Assembly (NCBI GenBank): GCA_016704275.1
Contig: JADJAK010000001.1
Coordinates: 496,985 to 560,984, forward strand
Length of the DNA stretch: 64,000 nt
Direction of reading: 5' to 3'
Source: Gemmatimonadota bacterium
GTDB lineage: Bacteria; Gemmatimonadota; Gemmatimonadetes; Gemmatimonadales; GWC2-71-9
The position numbers and the translations under genes were made by a program. Shown piece by piece: positions 57,013 through 64,000 of this stretch. Under the pieces are notes generated by a model. That model saw nothing but the letters and a program-made list of their open reading frames with translations, was not told the DNA's origin and did no database searches. Each line of letters opens with the position of its first letter. Positions within the stretch are counted from its first letter, which is position 1.

Positions 57013-60000
57013 TTACCCCGCGCGGATGAAGGAAACGGCGTCGCCGCCAAAGAGGTCCCGCAGGTCGCGCAGAGTCTCCTCGCGCGGTTCCACCCGCAGG
57101 CGTCGGGAGCGGAGGCGCGCGGCCGTACCGTTCCCGTCGGACCATTGAATATAGAGCGGCGCCGGCCCAGGGTGGGCCATGCAGAGGCGGGCCAGGGTCC
57201 GGATCGTCTCGGGGGCGGGGGCATCCGGGGCGGCCCACTGGATCGCGATCCCGAGCAACCCGGCGCTCTCGAGTTCCGCCAGCGGCCGGGCCCCCTCCAC
57301 GATGAAGGGGACCTGGTCCTCGCCTCGGTCACGGGCCGAATAGCCGCCGCTGAGCAGCATCGCCTCGTCGACCCGGATCACCTGGTTGAGCTTGGCCCAG
57401 GCATCGGGGAAGACGATCGCCTCGGCGGTGCCGTGGAAGTCCTCGACCGTCACCCGGGCGTACTCCTTCCCGGTCTTCTTGGAAATCTGCCGCTTGACCG
57501 CCGTGAGCACCCCCGCGACCGCGACCTGGTGCTCGCTCCAGCTCCCCATCGTGGCGGTCGTCCGCGTGCCGAACAGCTCCACCAACGGACGGTAGCGCTC
57601 GAGCGGATGCCCGGAGATGAAGAAGCCGAGGATCTCCTTCTCCTTCGCGAGGCGGTCCGCCTCGGTCCACAGCGGCACGTCGGGGAGCGTCGGCTCGACC
57701 GGGGTCGTCTTGACGACTTCGCCGAAGAGCGATTCCTGCCCCGCCTCGAGTTCCTGCGCGAGCAGCTGCGCCTCGCCGATCGCCTGGTCCACCGCTGCGA
57801 CGAGTTGGGCGCGATGCCCACCGAGCGAGTCGCAGGCCCCGGCCGCGATCAGCGATTCGAAGACCCGCTTGTTGCAGAGTCGCGCGTCGATGCGTCGGGC
57901 AAAATTCGCGAGGGACGTGAAGCGGCCCTGCTGGCGCGCGGCGATGATCGACTCGATCGCCCCCGCGCCAACGTTGCGCACGGCCCCGAGCCCGAAGCGG
58001 ATGCGACGATCGCCGATGACCGTGAACTTGAAGCCCGACTCGTGCACGTCGGGCGGCAGCACTTCGATGCCGAGCTCGCGGGCCTCGTTGATGTACTGGA
58101 CGACCTTGTCGGTGCTGCCGATTTCACTCGAGAGCAGCGCCGCCATGAACTCGGCAGGATGGTGCGTCTTGAGCCAGGCGGTCTGGTAGGAGAGGACCGA
58201 GTAGGCGACCGAGTGCGACTTGTTGAAGCCGTACCGGCCGAAGGTCTCGATCTGCGCCGCGAGTTCGTCGAGCAGGCCGCGCTCGTGGCCGAGGGCCGTG
58301 CCGCGCGTGATGAACTTCCCCAGCTCCTTCTTGATCAGCTCCGCGTCCTTCTTGCCGACGGCCTTCCGGAGGACGTCGGCTTCGGCCAGCGTGAATCCGG
58401 CGATCACGTTGGCGATCCGCATCACCTGTTCCTGATAGGTGATGACGCCGTAGGTCGGCTCCAGCACCTCGACCAGCGAGGGATGCGGGTAGGTGACCGG
58501 CTCGTGGCCCAGCTTCCGCTTGATGAAGACGGTGTGCATGCCGGCGTCGAGCGGACCCGGGCGCAGCAAGGCGTTCGAGGCGACGAGGTCGTCGAAGCGG
58601 TCGCACTTCATGCTGCGCAGCGTGTCCGTCGCGAGGGCCGATTCGAACTGGAAGACGCCCGCCGTGCGTCCCCGACGCAGCAGCGCATAGACCTCGGGGT
58701 CGTCGTACGGGAGCGCGTCGATGTCGAGCGGCGTGCCGGTCTTCGCCACGATCATCTGCACTGCGTCGTGAATCACCGTCAGCGTCTTGAGGCCGAGGAT
58801 GTCCATCTTGAGCATCCCGACCTTTTCGAGCGCGCCCATCTCGTACTGGCAGATGATCGAGTCTTCGCCGTTCGCGGCGGCACCGGCACCCTTGGTCGGC
58901 GCCGTGCAGACCGGCACATAGTCGGCGAGCGGCCCCGGGGCGATCACCACGCCGGCGGCGTGCACCGAGGCGTGGCGACTGAGCCCCTCGATCCGCGAGG
59001 CGTAGGTGAAGACGCGGCGGTAGGCCTCGCTCTCCTTCAGCATCGCCTTCAGCTCGTCGATCTTCTCGCCGGCTTCCGCCACCGTCATCGAGAAGGCCGG
59101 CCCCGAGGGGATCAGCTTGGTGAGCTTGTCGGCCTCGCCCGGCGGGATCTTCAGGGTCCGCGCGACGTCCTTCACCGCGGCCCGCGCCTTCATCGTCCCG
59201 AAGGTGATGATCTGCCCCACCGAATCGCGCCCATAGCGCTCGCGCACGTACTCGATCACCTCGCCACGCCGCTCGAAACAGAAGTCGACGTCGATGTCGG
59301 GCATCGACACGCGCTCCGGATTGAGGAAGCGCTCGAACAGCAGGTCGAAGCGGAGCGGGTCGACGTTGGTGATGCCGAGGCCATAGGCGACGATCGAGCC
59401 CGCGGCCGACCCGCGGCCGGGACCGACGGGAATGCCCCGCGCCCGCGCGGCGTTGATGAAGTCCTGCGTGATCAGGAAGTAGCCGGCGTAGCCCGCCGTG
59501 TTGATCACGCCGAGCTCGAAGTCGAGTCGCTGCTGCACCGCGTCAGGCAGCGGCTTGGCGTAGCGCGCTTCAAGGCCCGTGGTGGCGAGTGTGGCGAGCA
59601 GCGTCTCGTCGGAGGTGACGCCCTCGGGCAGCGGATACTTCGGCACGAAGTAGCGCTTCTCGAAGTCGAACTCGCAGAGGTTGGCGACGTCCTGCGTCCG
59701 CTCGATGGCGTCGATCTGGTCGGGGAAGAGCGTCCGCATCTCGGCTTCGCTCTTGACGTACGACTCGCTGCCGGTGAAGCGGAAGCGCTTCGGGTCGTCG
59801 AGATCGGCGCCGGTGCCGATGGCCAGCAGGACGTCGTGCGCCTCGGCATCGTCCCGCGTGAGATAGTGGGCGTCGTTGGTCGCCACGACCGGGAGGCCCA
59901 GCTCCTTGCCGAGGGCGATCATCCCCTTGGCGACCTCGAGTTCCTCCGGGATGCCGTGATCCTGGATCTCGAGATAGAAGCCATCCTTGCCGAAGGTCTC

Positions 60001-60492
60001 CGCCATCCAGACCGCCGACTCGCGCGCCTTGTCGAAGCGTCCCTGGCGCAGGTACAGCGCGACTTCACCCGAGAGGCACGCCGCGAGGCAGACGATTCCC
60101 TCGCTGTGTGACGCGAGGATCTCCTTGTCGATGCGGGGACGCCGATAGAAGCCCTCGGTGTAACCGATCGAGGAGAGCTTGATCAGGTTCTTGTAGCCGA
60201 CGGCGTTGCGGGCGAGGAGGACGAGGTGCGAGTACTGCGCCGGGGCCCACGAGGGCTTCTCGCGCGCCTGTCGCGGACCGAAGGCGAGATAGGCCTCGAA
60301 GCCGAGAATTGGCCGGATCCCCTGCTTCTTCGCCTGGTCGTAGAAGCTCCACGCCGCGTGCAGGTTGCCGTGGTCGGTGACGGCGAGCGAGTCCATCCCC
60401 AACTTCTTGACGTGACTCACCAGCTCGGGGATGCGATTGGCACCGTCGAGCAGCGAGTATTCGCTGTGGGTATGGAGGTGGACGAAGGCCAT
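57013..60492 (-). CDS. dnaE: DNA polymerase III subunit alpha
   Basis: PHP domain 'FVHLHTHSEYSLLDG', 'PDIDVDF', 'FNKSHSVAYS', OB-fold C-terminus. 1159 aa. Confidence 0.96.
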   Translation of the reverse strand: MAFVHLHTHSEYSLLDGANRIPELVSHVKKLGMDSLAVTDHGNLHAAWSFYDQAKKQGIRPILGFEAYLAFGPRQAREKPSWAPAQYSHLVLLARNAVGYKNLIKLSSIGYTEGFYRRPRIDKEILASHSEGIVCLAACLSGEVALYLRQGRFDKARESAVWMAETFGKDGFYLEIQDHGIPEELEVAKGMIALGKELGLPVVATNDAHYLTRDDAEAHDVLLAIGTGADLDDPKRFRFTGSESYVKSEAEMRTLFPDQIDAIERTQDVANLCEFDFEKRYFVPKYPLPEGVTSDETLLATLATTGLEARYAKPLPDAVQQRLDFELGVINTAGYAGYFLITQDFINAARARGIPVGPGRGSAAGSIVAYGLGITNVDPLRFDLLFERFLNPERVSMPDIDVDFCFERRGEVIEYVRERYGRDSVGQIITFGTMKARAAVKDVARTLKIPPGEADKLTKLIPSGPAFSMTVAEAGEKIDELKAMLKESEAYRRVFTYASRIEGLSRHASVHAAGVVIAPGPLADYVPVCTAPTKGAGAAANGEDSIICQYEMGALEKVGMLKMDILGLKTLTVIHDAVQMIVAKTGTPLDIDALPYDDPEVYALLRRGRTAGVFQFESALATDTLRSMKCDRFDDLVASNALLRPGPLDAGMHTVFIKRKLGHEPVTYPHPSLVEVLEPTYGVITYQEQVMRIANVIAGFTLAEADVLRKAVGKKDAELIKKELGKFITRGTALGHERGLLDELAAQIETFGRYGFNKSHSVAYSVLSYQTAWLKTHHPAEFMAALLSSEIGSTDKVVQYINEARELGIEVLPPDVHESGFKFTVIGDRRIRFGLGAVRNVGAGAIESIIAARQQGRFTSLANFARRIDARLCNKRVFESLIAAGACDSLGGHRAQLVAAVDQAIGEAQLLAQELEAGQESLFGEVVKTTPVEPTLPDVPLWTEADRLAKEKEILGFFISGHPLERYRPLVELFGTRTTATMGSWSEHQVAVAGVLTAVKRQISKKTGKEYARVTVEDFHGTAEAIVFPDAWAKLNQVIRVDEAMLLSGGYSARDRGEDQVPFIVEGARPLAELESAGLLGIAIQWAAPDAPAPETIRTLARLCMAHPGPAPLYIQWSDGNGTAARLRSRRLRVEPREETLRDLRDLFGGDAVSFIRAG

Positions 60493-61175
60493 CAGCGCAC
60501 CCGCTGGCTGAGTTCGGCCAACACGGCCCCGAAGGGCACGCCACGCGCCTGCAGCAGGACCATGAGGTGGAAGAGCAGGTCAGCCGATTCACTGGCGAGC
60601 CGCTCATCGCTTTCGGACAACGCCGCAATGACCGTCTCGACCCCTTCCTCGCCGACCTTCTGGGCGATCTTGGGGAGCCCGCGTTCGAAGAGCGTGGCGG
60701 TGTACGATTCCGGTGGCCGGGTGGCGTGGCGATCGGCGATCATTCGCGCCAGGCGGGTCAACAAATGACCCCCCTGATCGTCCTCATCGACGAGCTGCCC
60801 GTCCGTCGTGATCCGCCGGAAGAAGCAAGTCGGACGCTCGGTATGGCAGGCGGGACCCTTTTGTGTGACGCGGTAGAGAATGGCGTCCGCGTCGCAGTCC
60901 AGACGCACCTCGACCACCTGCTGGGTGTGACCGGACTGTTCGCCCTTCTTCCAGAGCGCCTGACGCGAGCGGCTCCAGTAGTGGGCATGACCCGTCGACA
61001 GCGTCGCCTCGAGGGCGGCGCGATCGGCCCAGGCGAGCATCAGGAGGTTGCCGGAAAGGGCATCCTGCGCCACCACGGGCACCAAGCCGGCGGTATCAAA
61101 CCGGACGGCATCGAGGGCCGGAGCGTCTGTCACCCGGGAATCGTATCCCGACACCGCCCGATTGTCAAAAGTCAT
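60492..61175 (-). CDS. hisIE: bifunctional phosphoribosyl-AMP cyclohydrolase / phosphoribosyl-ATP diphosphatase
   Basis: '[46 protein letters not shown]' (HisI). 'LARMIADR...SYT..L...G...[17 protein letters not shown]' (HisE). Start at 'MTFDNRAV'. Confidence 0.9.
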   Translation of the reverse strand: MTFDNRAVSGYDSRVTDAPALDAVRFDTAGLVPVVAQDALSGNLLMLAWADRAALEATLSTGHAHYWSRSRQALWKKGEQSGHTQQVVEVRLDCDADAILYRVTQKGPACHTERPTCFFRRITTDGQLVDEDDQGGHLLTRLARMIADRHATRPPESYTATLFERGLPKIAQKVGEEGVETVIAALSESDERLASESADLLFHLMVLLQARGVPFGAVLAELSQRVR

Positions 61176-61190
61176 TGTCCTGCTTACGCT
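61162..61190 (+). promoter_or_regulatory. candidate sigma70-type promoter for the metalloprotease operon
   Basis: TTGTCA-N17-TACGCT, 38 nt upstream of the ATG at 61228. It overlaps the hisIE start on the other strand. Confidence 0.3.
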
Positions 61191-61227
61191 TAGGTCAGTT
61201 TTCCTGCGCCCACGGAGCCAACCGCGC

Positions 61228-62907
61228 ATGCCCGCTTCCCGCACGATGTGGCCGTCCACGCTCACCCTGCTCGCGCTGGCCGCGTGTGGTGGGTCCGGCA
61301 CCGGCCCAGGCCCGGTAACGGTCACCTGCACCACCCCGACGCCGGTGGTCCTTGAGCCGGGCGCCCAGGTGCTCATCGATGCGGCACGGACCAGCAACTG
61401 CCTCTCCCTCCCCGGTGGCGGCGAGGCCCGCGAGTACCTCGTGGTGGCCTATTCTGGGGCCGGCACCGAAACCACCAGTGGCATCTCGACCAGTTATGCC
61501 CTCGCGTCAGGCGCCACCGGCGGCGGGAGCGCCCTGCTGGACGGCCTGCCCGCCCCGGTGGCCTCCTTCGGGCGCTCGGCCGAGGGAGCCGACGCCTTCC
61601 ACCGGAACCTCCGCCGCGCAGAGGCCCGGATCGCGGCCGACCCGGCCACCCGGCTCGGGAATTCGTGGGGCGGGAGCCCCCCGATGGCCTCGATCCCGAT
61701 CGTCGGGCAACGCGATTCGTTCTACGTCTGCCGGACCAGCAGCTGTGCCGCGTTCGATCGGGTCGGCGCCACGGTGCGCTTCGTGGGTCGTCAGGGCGCC
61801 ATCTACACCGACGATGCCAATCCGGTCACGGCCGAGTCGCTGACCGAGTCGGACATCACCCAGCTCGGCACGCTCTTCGACGATTACCTCTTTCCGATTG
61901 ATACCACCGCCTTCGGTCGCGAGTCGGACATCGATGGCGACCAGCGCGTGGCGATCCTGATCTCGGCCGCCGTCAACGACCTCACGAGCGACTGCGCGAA
62001 TGGGCGGATCATCGGCTACTTCTATGGTGCCGACCTGATTGCGTCGCTCGCCGGCAGCAATCGCCGCGAGGTCTTTTACGCCTTCGCACCGAAGGCGGCG
62101 ACGACGAGCTGTCCTGCCGTCACCCGCAGCATTGCGCTGCGCGCCTTGCCACCGGTGCTCATTCACGAACTGCAGCACATGATCTCGTTCAACCAGCGGG
62201 TCCTCGTGCGCGGCGCGGGCCAGGAGGATCTCTGGCTGAACGAGGGGCTCTCCCACTTCGCCGAGGAGCTCGGCTATCGTGGCGTGCCCGACGCGCGCTG
62301 CCCGAATTCGGCGAGCTGCTTTGCCCAGTTCTCCTCGGGCGACATCGACAACGCGTACAGCTATCTGTCGGACCCCGAGGCGACCGCGCTCGTGACCCCG
62401 GGCAACAACAGCGGCCCGCTGGCGTATCGCGGTGCCTCGTGGCTCTTCGTGCGCTGGTTGGCCGACCACTTCAGCAGCGACACGTTGCTCGGGACGCAGG
62501 TGACGCGGGGGCTGGTGCAGTCCACGCGAGATGGCGCCACCAACGTCAGCGCCGTGGCTGGCGTCGACTTTCCGACCCTGGTCGGCGAGTGGCAACTGGC
62601 CAACTATCTCGAGAATCTCCCGGGCTTCGCGCAGGTCGGGCGGCTACGCTACCGCACCTGGAATTTCCGGTCTCTCTATCAGGCCAATTTCCCGACGCTC
62701 TTCGCCAAGCCGTACCCGCTGACACCCGACTCCACGGCCGGGAGCTACAGCCGCACCGGGACACTGCGGGGCGGCAGCGGGCGTCACGTCCGGTACCGGT
62801 TGGCGGCGGGGGCGGCCGGTGTGACCGTGCAGCTCACCGGCAGCAACGGCAATGGCGCCCCGTCGAGTACGGCCGAACCGCGCTTCGCGGTGGTGCGCAT
62901 CCGGTGA
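61228..62907 (+). CDS. lipoprotein zinc metallopeptidase (HExxH...E, gluzincin-like)
   Basis: Lipobox 'LTLLALAAC|GGSG'. '[14 protein letters not shown]', followed about 25 aa later by '[10 protein letters not shown]'. 559 aa. Confidence 0.78.
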   Translation: MPASRTMWPSTLTLLALAACGGSGTGPGPVTVTCTTPTPVVLEPGAQVLIDAARTSNCLSLPGGGEAREYLVVAYSGAGTETTSGISTSYALASGATGGGSALLDGLPAPVASFGRSAEGADAFHRNLRRAEARIAADPATRLGNSWGGSPPMASIPIVGQRDSFYVCRTSSCAAFDRVGATVRFVGRQGAIYTDDANPVTAESLTESDITQLGTLFDDYLFPIDTTAFGRESDIDGDQRVAILISAAVNDLTSDCANGRIIGYFYGADLIASLAGSNRREVFYAFAPKAATTSCPAVTRSIALRALPPVLIHELQHMISFNQRVLVRGAGQEDLWLNEGLSHFAEELGYRGVPDARCPNSASCFAQFSSGDIDNAYSYLSDPEATALVTPGNNSGPLAYRGASWLFVRWLADHFSSDTLLGTQVTRGLVQSTRDGATNVSAVAGVDFPTLVGEWQLANYLENLPGFAQVGRLRYRTWNFRSLYQANFPTLFAKPYPLTPDSTAGSYSRTGTLRGGSGRHVRYRLAAGAAGVTVQLTGSNGNGAPSSTAEPRFAVVRIR

Positions 62908-63776
62908 GGCGCACGGTGGGGCAGCTCGTGCTCGCGCTCGCGCCGACGCTGCTGGCAGCTCAGCTGCCGCCGCGTCCGGCGCTGCCCGATCTGGCCGCCT
63001 CCGTCCGGGTGGCCGGGCTCGCCGGGGCCGGGGTGGCGATGCCCGGCTACGCCGCCGGCGTCTTCGACAATCCGGCCAACATCGGACCGATCAAGGTGCT
63101 CTCGCTCGAGGCCGCCTACGCCAAGTTGCCCGATCAATCCACCTACACGACCGGTGCCGCGGCCGTTCGGGCGGGTGACTTCAACTTCGGCGGCGGACTC
63201 CGCTACCTGCGCTACCAGGGCGACCGTCCCGTGGTCGACAACCTCTCCTGGGTGGCGGCGGCGGTCTACCGCGTGAAGGGCATCGCGCTCGGTACGTCGG
63301 CGAAGTACGTCTCCGTCGAGGATTCCACTGGAACCATCTTCCGCACGCTGACGTCGGATGCCGGAGTGACGCTTGCCTTCTTCGACATCGCGGCGCTGGC
63401 CGTTTCGTTCCACAACCTCGGCCGCTACGCGCTGAGCGGTGAGCGGCTGGAACTTCCTGCGAGCACGCATCTTGGCTTTTCGATGAACTTGATCGACACC
63501 TACTCCAACGGCCGACTCCTGGCGACCATCGAGAGCGACTGGACGGCCGGGACCCCGCGTCGCACCGTGATCGGCCTCGAAGCGGGCGTGGTCGTTCGCG
63601 GCATCGGGCTGATCGGGCGAATCGGCAACGGCGGGCAGCCGACCGGCAGCGGCGTGGGCAAGACGTCCTACGGCGGGTCCGTTGTCCTCTCCCGCGCCAG
63701 ACTCGACTATGCCTATCAGCGGCGCAGCGCCATCGGCCGCAGCGTGCACCTCGTCGGCGCGCGGTGGACCCCATGA
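62904..63776 (+). CDS. hypothetical outer-membrane beta-barrel-like protein
   Basis: GTGA overlap with the peptidase gene. Signal '[20 protein letters not shown]'. Alternating beta-strand-like pattern ('LSLEAAYAKL', 'VTLAFFDIAALAVSFHNLG', 'GGSVVLSRARLDYAYQ'). Confidence 0.65.
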   Translation: MRRTVGQLVLALAPTLLAAQLPPRPALPDLAASVRVAGLAGAGVAMPGYAAGVFDNPANIGPIKVLSLEAAYAKLPDQSTYTTGAAAVRAGDFNFGGGLRYLRYQGDRPVVDNLSWVAAAVYRVKGIALGTSAKYVSVEDSTGTIFRTLTSDAGVTLAFFDIAALAVSFHNLGRYALSGERLELPASTHLGFSMNLIDTYSNGRLLATIESDWTAGTPRRTVIGLEAGVVVRGIGLIGRIGNGGQPTGSGVGKTSYGGSVVLSRARLDYAYQRRSAIGRSVHLVGARWTP

Positions 63777-64000
63777 CGGGAAGGAGACGCTTCAGGATGG
63801 GATTGCTCATCACGGCGGCCGCACTGCTCTTCGGCTTCGGCACGGCCTATGTCGCGTCCGAGGAGGTGCGCTACCTCAGCCGCGCCGGGATCGAGGAGAC
63901 CCGCATCCTGGTGTCGCGGGTGCCGATCATCAAACTGGCCAAGGACCCGCAGGTCCCCGATTCGCTGCGCGAGATGGCGGGCCTCGTCATCGAGGTGCGC
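63773..64000 (+). CDS. hypothetical membrane-anchored protein, N-terminal fragment (resembles 'predicted aminopeptidase' COG4324-type N-termini; 3' end outside the window)
   Basis: ATGA overlap with the upstream gene. 'MTGRRRFRMGLLITAAALLFGFGTAYVASEEVRYLSRAGIEETRILVSRVPI...'. The frame is open to the window end. Not in the ORF track because it is unterminated. Confidence 0.5.
   Translation, partial: MTGRRRFRMGLLITAAALLFGFGTAYVASEEVRYLSRAGIEETRILVSRVPIIKLAKDPQVPDSLREMAGLVIEVR

Noticed and set aside
56083-60111. 1342-aa plus-strand ORF
   Set aside because: It is antisense to dnaE and accA, with no recognisable domains. It exists only because stop codons are rare.

Overview
High-GC bacterial chromosomal window, roughly two-thirds G+C by eye. 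It is gene-dense and mostly housekeeping. Several traits suggest an FCB-group or Gemmatimonadota-like organism: a short RpoD-like sigma with 'FISYAVWWIRQSI', an 85-aa ATP synthase epsilon, and few Shine-Dalgarno sites. This taxonomic guess is inference only.

Gene content on the + strand:
- a sigma54 activator and histidine kinase, then glycosyltransferase, wecB and an AMP-ligase
- an NYN/LOTUS protein and an H1-like protein
- thiE
- an M50 protease and a P1B ATPase
- a Zn-ADH and PLP-decarboxylase pair
- Nramp and an aldolase/SDR
- a sigma factor followed by mlaEFD
- NUDIX, an AraC-family regulator, and atpAGDC followed by two beta-barrel genes
- TPM, NTase and LemA
- a metalloprotease, a beta-barrel protein and an aminopeptidase-like gene

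Gene content on the - strand:
- tdh-kbl
- two methyltransferases
- rho-ruvX-mltG
- a CPA2 antiporter
- an NPP-family phosphodiesterase
- mtnA
- a 7-tRNA operon
- waaA
- dsbA-like
- hisIE-dnaE-accA-PSP1-metG

I saw no rRNA, CRISPR, transposase, integrase or prophage genes.

Two window-wide observations stand out.
1. A dispersed family of intergenic elements is built from tandem 7-nt units, usually arranged as long inverted repeats that abut stop codons. Each unit carries a stop triplet, so tandem copies put stops in every reading frame.
2. At least four genes (NYN/LOTUS, a small secreted protein, mtnA, mlaD) are interrupted by single-base frame changes. Where I could localise the change, it lies in a G/C homopolymer run. 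This fits either indel sequencing error or real decay.

Many long ORFs in the track are antisense artefacts of the high GC content. Internal start coordinates were derived by counting residues from the ORF-track ends. Coordinates of non-ORF features may be off by 1-2 nt.
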